From Candidatus Latescibacterota bacterium (GTDB lineage Bacteria; Latescibacterota; UBA2968; UBA8231), in assembly GCA_965203175.1 (NCBI GenBank), contig OZ241867.1, positions 1,440,001 to 1,504,000 on the forward strand: a DNA stretch of 64,000 nt, in the 5' to 3' direction. Each line of letters starts with the position of its first letter. The first letter of the stretch is position 1. The position numbers and the translations under genes were made by a program. Shown here piece after piece: positions 47,725-56,974 of the stretch. The notes under the pieces were generated by a model. That model made no database searches. It saw only the letters and a list, made by a program, of their open reading frames with translations, and was not told the origin of the DNA.

Positions 47725-50321
47725 TAGGCCACGGCTAGCGTGCGCACCAATTCCTCCTGACCTAGCTCAGCGCCTGACGTATTGGCATCCAGCCGCAAAT
47801 GCATTGCGTACACCCCCGGCGGCACGAGCGACCCTTTTTCGTTCCTTCCGTCCCATCCCATTTCGTAAATTCCCGAGGCAAAATCTCGCTGCTCGGTTAG
47901 CTGGCGCACCAAGCGTCCCTGCAAATCGTAGATAGTGGCCTCAACCCGCTGACTGCCCTCCACTAAAACCACTGAAAAGCGCAACGTCACCTCGTCGTTG
48001 ACCCCATCCCCATTTGGCGTCAATACCGCTGGCTCGACCACTAAATCCGCAAAAATCGAGCGACTCTGCGGCTGCCCCACTACCAATAGCCGATTGCTGC
48101 CGACCGTCTCCACAGCTTCCCCTGGATCGACGCGCTGCCAGATCCCCTCCCCATCTTCTCCTTGACGCAGTTGCACCTTTAGCGGGCCACCGCGAGAAAA
48201 CAGCCGCCCCGCAAAGTCTATCCGCAACGCCGTCACTTCGCTTCCCGGCTCTAGCGGGGCAAAGGACAAATGCACCCGGTCCGCCGCTGCGGCCAGCACC
48301 TCCGCCTCCAAGGGTGAAAAATCCTCCCCATCCGCACTCCCCAACAACCCGTCATACGTTAGTTCCATGCCCGCTGGTGCTTCCAACAACAACTCGTTGA
48401 ATCCCCCATCCCCTGCGCCGAACTCGGGTCGCACATACACCGAAAAAGGTACCTCAGCCGCCAGCCGATCCACCTGACTGGGCACTACCTCTCCCAAGAG
48501 GCGCCGCGCCACCGGCTCGGCAAAATTCAGCCGCAGCCCTGACAAACTCGCCGCCACATCCGGTGCGGCCGAGCGCAACGTCGCCCGCACCTTGAGAAAC
48601 TCCCGTGGCGACGGCGAAGTAATAGGGCTGCCTCCCGGCTCGTCGTAGGGCACACTCCACGGCTCCCAGTCTGCGCCGGCGACTTCCTCGGACACAGTCT
48701 CACCGCGAAAAATGCTCAATAGTTTGTTGTAGGCCGCTTCGGAGATTTCGGTTCCATCCTTTTTGAAATAGTGCACGATCTCGCCCAAGGTGTCGCCGGT
48801 GCGGGTCTGAAGCAGCACCTCGGTGCCAGGCGGCGCGTGCGCATCCCACTCGAGGGAAACCAAGTTGCGGCTGCCCCCCAACCGGATCAGGTCCGACTCG
48901 AGTTGCACCTCTGGCAAGAACCCCTCGCCAAAAAGTTGTATCTCGCTCATCCTGATAGCGCTCCGGTTGGGAAGGCGCACATGTTCTACTTCAAACACCA
49001 AGCGAAAAAAGCGACCCTTTACCGGATCGAAGTCATTGCCATCGACGGTGAGGGCCCCCGCGACGCTCCGCTTTACTTGCTCGCGCCGCACGGCAGTGAT
49101 CCACTTGAGGCCCCCGTCCACCTCCCGCGAACCGTCCGAAAATTCCAATCGATGGTTCCCAGGGGCGTACTCCGTGAAACTCATCCTGTGGCTATGGATC
49201 CAGAAGAACGAGCCCAAATCAATGAACAACTCGTCCTCTAACCGATTCTCGATGCTGAATAGGTCCAGCCCCTCTACGCTGGTTATATCGCCGTCGATCA
49301 TCAATTGGGGATTGATGCTGCCGGGCACTGTAATAGAAATGGAGCCATTGCGCCGCAAGGCCCCACTGGCCAAATCGTCGCCTTGGGTCCAGACTTCGAG
49401 TTCGGCCAACCGGGGCCGCTCGCGCCGAAAGTAGCGTATCGTTCCCCGCCGCTGAGGATCGAGAGCCTCGTACACTTCCTGTTTGACCACGATCTCCCGC
49501 CCGTCGGCTTGGCGCTTGCTATATTCGATGAGCCCTCTATCCTCGGAGGGTAGCTGATCGTACTCCTCTGGGGATACTTCTCGGCCACGGCCAAAATCGC
49601 TGGCCTGCACAACCACTTGGACAAAGCGTCCCACGGCCCGACGCTGATCGAGCCCTACTGGGTCGAGTTCGACTTCAAAGGTTCGCTGGCTTTTGTTGGG
49701 CTTTAGTGTCTGGAGCACCGGAAAGAACTCGAGGCTCGACCCGCCGATTGCCTGTACTGGCTTCTGTCCGTCCGATACCAGTACATCGAATAAAAGAAAG
49801 GGATCGCCCATTCCCTCCTCGACGAATTTTAGCGCGATCTTGTTGATGAAGACAACGCGGCCCAAATCCACGGTAAACCACCACTGAGACGATAGATCTA
49901 CATTTTCAGCGATCGGATCGGGTTCCCAATACGTGGTCAAGTCGCCATCTAGGGCGGCGACGACTCCTTCGCGGTTGGAACCACCTTGAATGGCGTCGAG
50001 CAGGACGATGTCTTCAGGCTCTTTCTTTTTTTTAGCGATATAATCTGGAGGGTTATAGCGCAGAAAATCGACGATATCTAGGGCGGCGTTGGTGTTTTTG
50101 TGGACGCGATTGGGCCGCACCTCTCCGAGTGGGGAAATCTGGATCGTACCGGGCGCAAATTCCCAGTGATCCCAGTGATCGGGTCCGACGACGACTTGAT
50201 TCGCACTGCGGTCGATCCGATGGCCTGCTTGAGCCAGCAAATCCCCGACCCCATTCGACCAAAGCAAAAGCACGGCGCTGACCACTATAAGGCGCGAGAA
50301 GTGTTTCGTGCGGATATTCAT
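47721..50321 (-). CDS. Secreted protein with two discoidin-like domains and FlgD-Ig/CHU_C-like tail
   Basis: DGDLTTYW..VDLG, IDGD..IDLG, SPSPREF and LTPNGDGVND...WDGRN..PPGVY motifs. Confidence 0.8.
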   Translation of the reverse strand: MNIRTKHFSRLIVVSAVLLLWSNGVGDLLAQAGHRIDRSANQVVVGPDHWDHWEFAPGTIQISPLGEVRPNRVHKNTNAALDIVDFLRYNPPDYIAKKKKEPEDIVLLDAIQGGSNREGVVAALDGDLTTYWEPDPIAENVDLSSQWWFTVDLGRVVFINKIALKFVEEGMGDPFLLFDVLVSDGQKPVQAIGGSSLEFFPVLQTLKPNKSQRTFEVELDPVGLDQRRAVGRFVQVVVQASDFGRGREVSPEEYDQLPSEDRGLIEYSKRQADGREIVVKQEVYEALDPQRRGTIRYFRRERPRLAELEVWTQGDDLASGALRRNGSISITVPGSINPQLMIDGDITSVEGLDLFSIENRLEDELFIDLGSFFWIHSHRMSFTEYAPGNHRLEFSDGSREVDGGLKWITAVRREQVKRSVAGALTVDGNDFDPVKGRFFRLVFEVEHVRLPNRSAIRMSEIQLFGEGFLPEVQLESDLIRLGGSRNLVSLEWDAHAPPGTEVLLQTRTGDTLGEIVHYFKKDGTEISEAAYNKLLSIFRGETVSEEVAGADWEPWSVPYDEPGGSPITSPSPREFLKVRATLRSAAPDVAASLSGLRLNFAEPVARRLLGEVVPSQVDRLAAEVPFSVYVRPEFGAGDGGFNELLLEAPAGMELTYDGLLGSADGEDFSPLEAEVLAAAADRVHLSFAPLEPGSEVTALRIDFAGRLFSRGGPLKVQLRQGEDGEGIWQRVDPGEAVETVGSNRLLVVGQPQSRSIFADLVVEPAVLTPNGDGVNDEVTLRFSVVLVEGSQRVEATIYDLQGRLVRQLTEQRDFASGIYEMGWDGRNEKGSLVPPGVYAMHLRLDANTSGAELGQEELVRTLAVAY

Positions 50322-50463
50322 CGGCGGCACCTTTCAAAACCGTGAAAAATCCGAGTTTTAAGGGTACATGCGGAGGAATCTAACGCCCCTTTGGTCGAGA
50401 AACAACATTTGTCTATCCTATGAGGATGTATAGAGGACTTGACAACTTCGAGAAAGGAACGCG

Positions 50464-51831
50464 ATGGAACTGAATTGGCGAGAAATCGACCGCTGGATTT
50501 TTGGCGAGGCTTGGACCGGCTCGCAGATCGGCGAACACGTGGAGATGTTGTGCGAACAGATCGGGCCGCGCTGGGCTTCTTCGGAGGGGGAGCGCCAAGC
50601 GGTGGAGTATCTGCGGGAGCAATTTGCGCAGGCGGGACTGGCCGATGCGGCGCTGGAGGAATTTGCGCTGAATACCTGGGCGTACGAACGGGCAGAAGCA
50701 ACAGTGGAGGATATGGAGATCGACCTCTTGCCCTACAACCGCTGTCCTCCGTGCGACCTCGAAGCCCCGATCGTCAATGCGGGCTATGGCACAGAACACG
50801 AGATCGACCAAGTGCGCGGCCAACTCAAAGGAAGCATCGCGGTGATGCACCTAGCACTGGAGCCTTTTACCTCGCCCTCGCCGCCCAACGTGCGGCTTGA
50901 AGCGCTATGCGACGCCGACGCAGTGGCGGTGGTGGCGATTGATCCAAAAGACGGGCGGCGGGCGGAGTACCACAACGGCGGAGATTGGCGCGAGCCAGAA
51001 ACCGCTGAGTTGCCCATTCCAGCCGTGACGACCTCGCGGGAGCACGGAGCTCTGTTGCAGAAGTGGGCCAGCGAGGGCAAGCGGCTCAAGCTAACCGTTG
51101 AGAGCCGGTTTTACCAAGCACCGGCGCACAATGTGGTCGCTTCGATTCCCGGAGCGCAGTGGCCTGGGGAGCGGCTGATGTTGGGTGGGCACCACGACAC
51201 GGTGTACGGCGCACCGGGGGGCAACGACAATGCCTCGGGCACCATTGCAGTGATGGAGACGGCGCGGGTACTGGCCGGACTAAAATCAGCGCTCGGCGTC
51301 GAGCCGGGGATGAGCCTGTGCTTTGCGACGTACAGCGCCGAGGAGCAGATCTTCCAGGGGTCGATTGAGTACGTGCGGCAACACTGCGTCGCAAAACCGC
51401 GGCTGGCGATCAATCTCGACGAGCTATCGACCGGGTCAATCAAAGGGGTAGTGCTGGGGTTTGGGCATCTGCGCGACTTGGTGCAGGCCCAGTTCAATGC
51501 AATGGGCGACGGGTTAAAGTGCCACGTCATGTCCCAACTCGACGCGTCTTCAGACCACTTTCCCTTTTTGCGCGAGGGCATTGACGCGGCGCATCTGTGG
51601 CGCTGGCGCTTTAGCGGCCGCCATGCCGACTCCGACTATCACCACGAGCCAGCCGACACCGCCGACAAGCTCAACGTGCGGGAGTTAAAAGAATACGTCG
51701 GGCAGCTAGCGCGACTGTTGTTGCGGCTGTCGCACGTAGCACCCGAGGAGTGGCCGGAGAACCCGGTAACCAAGGAGGCGGTAGCAGAACGGCTGGCGGC
51801 CGAGCGCGGGACGGTGGTGCGGGTGTTTTAG
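50464..51831 (+). CDS. M28 family metallopeptidase with PA domain
   Basis: GHHD, GGNDNASG, SAEE, INLD, SDHFPF and YH..DT motifs. Confidence 0.9.
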   Translation: MELNWREIDRWIFGEAWTGSQIGEHVEMLCEQIGPRWASSEGERQAVEYLREQFAQAGLADAALEEFALNTWAYERAEATVEDMEIDLLPYNRCPPCDLEAPIVNAGYGTEHEIDQVRGQLKGSIAVMHLALEPFTSPSPPNVRLEALCDADAVAVVAIDPKDGRRAEYHNGGDWREPETAELPIPAVTTSREHGALLQKWASEGKRLKLTVESRFYQAPAHNVVASIPGAQWPGERLMLGGHHDTVYGAPGGNDNASGTIAVMETARVLAGLKSALGVEPGMSLCFATYSAEEQIFQGSIEYVRQHCVAKPRLAINLDELSTGSIKGVVLGFGHLRDLVQAQFNAMGDGLKCHVMSQLDASSDHFPFLREGIDAAHLWRWRFSGRHADSDYHHEPADTADKLNVRELKEYVGQLARLLLRLSHVAPEEWPENPVTKEAVAERLAAERGTVVRVF

Positions 51832-51910
51832 AAGCGGTCTGCGAATGAATGCCTGACATTCGGAAGTGGGCGACTGCAAACACGGCACTCGGGCATCCGA
51901 CGGCTTCTTA
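51828..51910. mobile_element. Putative 77-bp MITE-like element
   Basis: TTA-GAAGCGGTC...GACGGCTTC-TTA: 9-bp inverted repeat with one mismatch, 3-bp direct repeats and an internal imperfect stem. Confidence 0.4.
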
Positions 51911-51933
51911 GACCGAGAATTGAGATCGTCTCT

Positions 51934-53040
51934 CTAAGCCAAAGAACAATCCCCCTCGAATACCCGGCGCATGGCGGGCGTGATCTCGCCCGTCGCCTCT
52001 GCTCGCTCGGCCCAATGGGCGGGCGTCCCTTCGTTCCACTTGGCCGGGCTGGCCTTGGGGTCGGGCGTCCGGTAGGCCATCAGTAGTCCCCAGCGCGTGG
52101 GCGCATCTAGGTCGCGGTGGCCGACGTGATGCGGCATGTGGTGGACGAAGGAAACCATGCTACCCGGCGGCAGCGACAAGCGCTCAATCCGCAGCGGCTC
52201 GCCGGTAAAGGCGTGGATTTTGCCTTCTATCCAGTTGGTCTGCATTTCGTCGTCGTACTCGGTCCTTGTAGAATTCCACCGATAGGGAATGCGGTAGAGG
52301 TGGGAGCCAGGGATAACGGCCAACTCACCGCCTCCATCGCCGATCCCCATCCCTTCGGGATAGCACAGAGTGCGGACGCATTGCTGCGCTAGGAATTGGG
52401 CGGTTAGCGCGTGGCCGTCGCCGATTTCGCTTTCGATTTCGTACTGCCCTTGGCGATACGGGTGCGCGTGCCAGCGCCGTCCCCTCGATCCCGCCGGCCG
52501 GTTGAGCATCAGGCAGTGGTCGATCAGGAAGCGCTGGCCGAGAAGCTGACCGAAGAGTTCCACCATCTGCGGGTGGCTAGTGGTGACGTCGAGAATAAAA
52601 TCGTCGTACGCGAGCGGGAAGTATTCGGGCATCATCCCCTGCCACTCGAATTCCGCAGCGACCGACGTGGAACCAGATTCGAAAAGCCCCTGTTCGTACA
52701 TGTAAGCCCGGAGTTCCGGCGACATAAAGCTCATCTGCTCCGACCCGTCGCAACAGGATGCTAGGAACTCAGGAGTCGTCTGCTCTGGTGCCAGTTCGGG
52801 CAGCCCACGGCTTGCGTAGTCGATGGCGGCCCAGTCCGTATCTACCACGATGGCGTCGTTCATCCGTTGTAGCTTTTGCAGACTGGTCGTCCAGCGCTGT
52901 TGTCCGGCGTCGGTTAGAACGCCTTCCCAGACCCAATAGCCTTCCCGTTCAAAAAAAGCGCGGTCGAAGGCGGCTAGGACTTCGGGGCGCAAGAGGTCGT
53001 GCAGGCGACCGGCTGGAGTGGGATCTTGGGATGCTTGCAT
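51934..53040 (-). CDS. PhyH-like dioxygenase, HxH variant
   Basis: EGY, WHAH, GELAVIPGSH and HHMPHHV motifs. Confidence 0.8.
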   Translation of the reverse strand: MQASQDPTPAGRLHDLLRPEVLAAFDRAFFEREGYWVWEGVLTDAGQQRWTTSLQKLQRMNDAIVVDTDWAAIDYASRGLPELAPEQTTPEFLASCCDGSEQMSFMSPELRAYMYEQGLFESGSTSVAAEFEWQGMMPEYFPLAYDDFILDVTTSHPQMVELFGQLLGQRFLIDHCLMLNRPAGSRGRRWHAHPYRQGQYEIESEIGDGHALTAQFLAQQCVRTLCYPEGMGIGDGGGELAVIPGSHLYRIPYRWNSTRTEYDDEMQTNWIEGKIHAFTGEPLRIERLSLPPGSMVSFVHHMPHHVGHRDLDAPTRWGLLMAYRTPDPKASPAKWNEGTPAHWAERAEATGEITPAMRRVFEGDCSLA

Positions 53041-53057
53041 AGAGGTCTTGGGCAGTT

Positions 53058-53090
53058 GAGAACCCCGCGCTGTTTCGGCGCGGGGTTCTC
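53058..53090 (-). terminator. 13-bp perfect hairpin downstream of cyclase gene
   Basis: GAGAACCCCGCGC-7 nt-GCGCGGGGTTCTC; no clear U-tract. Confidence 0.6.
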
Positions 53091-53099
53091 CATTCCAGT

Positions 53100-54077
53100 T
53101 CAGCGGATGGCGAGCGGCCGCCCCGGCGATCCCGTGCCGCCTTTAAAGCGGGTCGGCGTAAATATAAAGAGGAACTCGTACACTTCGTCGGCCAACACTT
53201 CTTCAAAGACCATGTTCTCCAAGTTGAAGATGCCGTTCTTGGTGATGAGTTCTTGGTGGACTGGGAAGACCAATTTAGGGTCGGGACCGGGCACGACTTC
53301 AGTGGTCCACTGATCCGAGCCGATCATCGAGGGTTTCATGGAGATGATCCACTCGCTCGCCTCCATGCCGATGCCGGGCGGGTTGGTGTTGTAGGTATCC
53401 GGGTCCTTCCACAGCTTGGACCAGCCGTAGTTGAAGAGCAGGGCGTCGCCCTCCTGGATGTCGCTTTCGGCCATCCCCTGCCTTGCGAGTGCGCCGCGGA
53501 TATCGGCGGCAGTGACCTCGTAGCTGTGGTCGAGGTGTTCGACGCCCTTGTAGCCGGCAATGTCGATGAGTATGCCGCGGGTGATGAAGGGACGCACGTG
53601 TTCGATGCCCAGTTTGGTCACTCCATAAGGAGTGGCCATCTCGTCGGCGGTAAAGCCATTGTAGAACACGTCCTGGATCGAGCCGTCGGCCATCTCCATG
53701 CGCGTGCCGATGTGGGCCAGCCCGTCGAACTGCGTGCCGACTTGGCCGATCTCGGCGCAGAGGAACTCGTCGAAGTACATGAGCATGTTGTTCTCGCCGA
53801 AGGGGCCGCCGGTGGGCGCGCCGGGGATGATCATCGCATACGTGCGCTCGCCAAACAGCGGCATGCCGCGCTCGTATACCTGGCCCAGCTCGTACATCTT
53901 GCCGGTCTTGACTAGCTGCACGGCCTTGAGGATGATTTCGGCGGTGATGCGGTTGGATGCGCCGGCTTGGTCGTCGGCTCCCCACGGCGAGGGCCACCAA
54001 GGCCCTTGTTCGCGGGTCTGGGAAAAGCACGGCAGGGACAAGGCGAGCACGAGGATCGCCGAAGTGAGCGATTTCAT
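53100..54077 (-). CDS. Secreted cyclase-family (kynurenine formamidase-like) metal hydrolase
   Basis: WGADDQAGASN, QVGTQFDGLAH, RGILID, GIFNLEN and GGTGSPGRP motifs; signal peptide. Confidence 0.88.
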   Translation of the reverse strand: MKSLTSAILVLALSLPCFSQTREQGPWWPSPWGADDQAGASNRITAEIILKAVQLVKTGKMYELGQVYERGMPLFGERTYAMIIPGAPTGGPFGENNMLMYFDEFLCAEIGQVGTQFDGLAHIGTRMEMADGSIQDVFYNGFTADEMATPYGVTKLGIEHVRPFITRGILIDIAGYKGVEHLDHSYEVTAADIRGALARQGMAESDIQEGDALLFNYGWSKLWKDPDTYNTNPPGIGMEASEWIISMKPSMIGSDQWTTEVVPGPDPKLVFPVHQELITKNGIFNLENMVFEEVLADEVYEFLFIFTPTRFKGGTGSPGRPLAIR

Positions 54078-54150
54078 GAGTTTCTCCTTGATAAATGGGT
54101 CGCGGAAATGCACCGCGATGGTATAAGGAAATTGCGGCCCTGAATCAAGC

Positions 54151-54603
54151 TCAGACGAACTTGACTACCACCAACAGCACGATGACGATCACCAGCACAG
54201 TGGGCACTTCGTTGAGAATGCGGAAGAACCGCTCGCTCTTTTGATTCTCACCGCGTGCAAAAGCCTTGCGGTAGGAGGAAAGCATGCCGTGGAGGGCCGC
54301 CATGGCGAGCACTAGCACCAATTTGATGTGTATCCAATAGCCGGTGCCCGGCGCACCGGCACCCGTGGCGATGATTAACAGAATGCCAGTAACAAAAGAA
54401 ACGATCATCGCCGGATTCATAATCACCCTCAGCAACTTGCGCTCCATGACCTTGAAGGTCTCGTCGGCTTCGGAGTTAGGGGTAACTTGGCAGTGATAGA
54501 CATAGAGGCGCGGCAGATAGAACATGCCGACCATCCAAGCGATGACGAAGATGACGTGGATGGCTTTGAGCCACAGGTAGTACTCGCTTGCAAATGCACT
54601 CAT
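54151..54603 (-). CDS. hemJ: Protoporphyrinogen IX oxidase HemJ
   Basis: WLKAIHVIFVIAW..MFYLPRLYVYH, MERKL..IMNPAM and FRILNEVPT motifs. Confidence 0.92.
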   Translation of the reverse strand: MSAFASEYYLWLKAIHVIFVIAWMVGMFYLPRLYVYHCQVTPNSEADETFKVMERKLLRVIMNPAMIVSFVTGILLIIATGAGAPGTGYWIHIKLVLVLAMAALHGMLSSYRKAFARGENQKSERFFRILNEVPTVLVIVIVLLVVVKFV

Positions 54604-54632
54604 AGGAAGGAACTCCTCTACGCGGAGACGCG

Positions 54633-55271
54633 CTAGGTGCGCGTCGTCGCCAGCGCCGCTTCGTGGAGGGCGCTGACTGTTTCAGCCTCTAGGTCAATGT
54701 CGATGTTGGGAATGGACTTGGAGCGACCGATGAAGAGCGTTGCGTAAAATGCGCAAGCCGCTAGGTAGGACCCTGCGAAGTTGGGATGGCTTTGGTCCTT
54801 GTCGTGGAGGACGATATCGGGATGCGCCGCTAGACAGTGCCGCCAAGCTAGGCCTACGGGCACGACGGTCGCGCCGATCTCGCGCCCCACTTCGGTGTAG
54901 GTCTCGCTCAAGGCGGCTTGGGTCTCGGGAGCGTTTTGCCGCGCCCAAGTCATATAGAGCACCGTCTGCGCCTGTGCCACTTTAATTACGGCGTCGAACT
55001 CACGGATGTTTTCTCCAGTGCGCTTGGGATTTTTCACCGGCAGGGTGCTTTGCTCCTGCAACACGACGTAATCCCAGCCGGACGCCTGCAAGCGCTCGTG
55101 TGCCTCGCCTTTATTCAAGTGCATCCTGAGCGAGGCCCCGCCAGCGCTGATGAGTTCGCATTCCAACTCGCCTTTGCCGCCGGCGTGGACGAGTTGGGCG
55201 AGGAGGCCGGGCAGATCGTTGCGCGCGGTGAAACTGTTGCCTATGAAAAGAACGCGGGTGATATTGGCCAT
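54633..55271 (-). CDS. SGNH/GDSL hydrolase (DUF4886-like)
   Basis: VLFIGNSFT, WDYVVLQEQS and DQSHPNFAGSYL motifs. Confidence 0.85.
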   Translation of the reverse strand: MANITRVLFIGNSFTARNDLPGLLAQLVHAGGKGELECELISAGGASLRMHLNKGEAHERLQASGWDYVVLQEQSTLPVKNPKRTGENIREFDAVIKVAQAQTVLYMTWARQNAPETQAALSETYTEVGREIGATVVPVGLAWRHCLAAHPDIVLHDKDQSHPNFAGSYLAACAFYATLFIGRSKSIPNIDIDLEAETVSALHEAALATTRT

Positions 55272-55421
55272 GGTCAGTCTTCTGTTTGGGTTGAGGTGCG
55301 TCCTGCTCAACATAAACACCGCTTCGCCTCGCGCCAAGTTGCCATCCCAATGGTCTGGTATTCGACGCGCAGACCCTTGATGTCAGCGATTTTTGTGCAA
55401 TCTACTCTTGGAGAACTTCAG

Positions 55422-56189
55422 ATGGGACGAAATGTCGAGCAGTACGAGCGAGACGGGTATTGTATCGCGGATGAGCAGATCGCGCCGGACGATGTGTTGG
55501 CAAAGGCGTTGCAGGGGATGGTGGCAGTGCGCGATGGAAAGTTTGATATGGGGATGCCGCCGACCGAGCATCCCGGGTACGATCCAGCCGTGTTGTGCAA
55601 GATCAACAATCCGCATCGGTCGGATACAGGACTCCATGGATTGGTGACCTGTCCACAAGTAGGACGCAAGGTCGCCGAGATCACAGGTGCCCAGCGAGTG
55701 CAGGTGTGGGCAAGTCAGTTGCTGATCAAGCCGCCGGGGTCCGCAGCCGCAGGGCACGTCGGCTGGCATCAAGACCGGCAGTACTGGCGCATGTGGCAGC
55801 AGGCCGAAGGGCTTTTTACAGCGTGGATCGCGCTGTGCGATGTGGGAGAGGAGTTGGGACCGATGCGCTTTGTGCGCGGATCGCACCGTTGGGGCTTTTT
55901 AGACCAAGGCAATTTCTTCGACAAGGACCAGCACAAGCTGCGCGATGACATTGCGGTACCAGCGGACAAGACTTGGGAGGAAGTGTCGGCATTGATGCCC
56001 TTAGGTGGGCTTAGCGTCCACCACTGCCTGACCTATCACGGCTCCAATGCCAATGTCTCGGATGCGGCGCGCTGGAGCTTGGCCGTGCATCTACGCGACG
56101 AAAGGGCCGTGCCAGTGCCCGGCGACCAGAGCTACTACACCACGCATTTAGACGATCCCCAGATTTGCCCAGTGATGTACGAAGCCTAG
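55422..56189 (+). CDS. PhyH-family dioxygenase
   Basis: DGY, WHQD, GPMRFVRGSH and HGSNANVS..R motifs; GGAG before ATG 55422. Confidence 0.9.
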   Translation: MGRNVEQYERDGYCIADEQIAPDDVLAKALQGMVAVRDGKFDMGMPPTEHPGYDPAVLCKINNPHRSDTGLHGLVTCPQVGRKVAEITGAQRVQVWASQLLIKPPGSAAAGHVGWHQDRQYWRMWQQAEGLFTAWIALCDVGEELGPMRFVRGSHRWGFLDQGNFFDKDQHKLRDDIAVPADKTWEEVSALMPLGGLSVHHCLTYHGSNANVSDAARWSLAVHLRDERAVPVPGDQSYYTTHLDDPQICPVMYEA

Positions 56190-56194
56190 CGTCG

Positions 56195-56953
56195 TTACTC
56201 GGGTGTAGAAGCGCCGAAGGCTGCGGCAAAAGCCCGCGACTTGGGATTGAGTACCGAGTAGAAGGCGCGAACCTCTGGATCGGAATGGTCGCGCCAGAGC
56301 CGAGCGGGCAGGGTCGTGTAGTTGCTCAAATGAGGTTGGTCGCGGCGACCGTAATAGATCTGGACGGATTTGCGTTCCTGTTGCGTCGGGCGGATAGTCG
56401 CCGCGTGCAGCACTGAGAGATTGAAGAGCACCACGGTGCCGGCCGGACCGTGCAGATCGACGATCCCGCCGCGGGCGAGCTGGTCTTCCTGGTCCAAAAT
56501 GGGCGCATCGGCAGCTTCGGGAGAGAGGGAGAAACAGTGGGTGGTCTCGTCGACGTCGGCCAAATAGACGAGGACGTGGACATACTGGGTGCGCAGAGGG
56601 TGCTGCTGCCAGTGCGGGCGGTCGCGATGCCAGCGTCGCCAGCCTTCCCCTTCGTAGGGTGCCATGTGGCGCAGGCAGGCTTCAGAGAGACAGATGGGGG
56701 CACCGAGCAGCGTTTCCACTGCGTCGAGGATTTGCGGGTGATGGATGATTTCTTCGACTGCGGGCCAAGTGATCAGAGGATCGCAGTTGACGGTCTGGTA
56801 GGCACTCTCCAAGGGACGCCAAAAGGCGCGGCCCCAAGTTGTGCGGTCCTCGTCAAAGCCCTGGCGCAGACGGGCGGCGTCTTGGTCGGAGAAAAGTTGG
56901 CCTAGAGCAACGTAGCCATTGCAGCGAAAGAATTCGTAGTCTGCTGTATTCAT
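56195..56953 (-). CDS. PhyH-family dioxygenase
   Basis: NGY, WHRD and GTVVLFN..LHAA..RK motifs. Confidence 0.85.
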   Translation of the reverse strand: MNTADYEFFRCNGYVALGQLFSDQDAARLRQGFDEDRTTWGRAFWRPLESAYQTVNCDPLITWPAVEEIIHHPQILDAVETLLGAPICLSEACLRHMAPYEGEGWRRWHRDRPHWQQHPLRTQYVHVLVYLADVDETTHCFSLSPEAADAPILDQEDQLARGGIVDLHGPAGTVVLFNLSVLHAATIRPTQQERKSVQIYYGRRDQPHLSNYTTLPARLWRDHSDPEVRAFYSVLNPKSRAFAAAFGASTPE

Positions 56954-56974
56954 CGGCGTTCTTCGGGATAAGGA

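Noticed and set aside
31919-50321. Flagellar hook-capping FlgD genes
   Set aside because: Only the Ig-like tail is shared; the proteins are large, have Sec-type signals and have no flagellar neighbours.
54918-55421. 5' extensions of track ORFs 54918..56189, 3553..4968 and 60261..61283
   Set aside because: They overlap other real genes or the duplicated fragment; family motifs begin at later starts.
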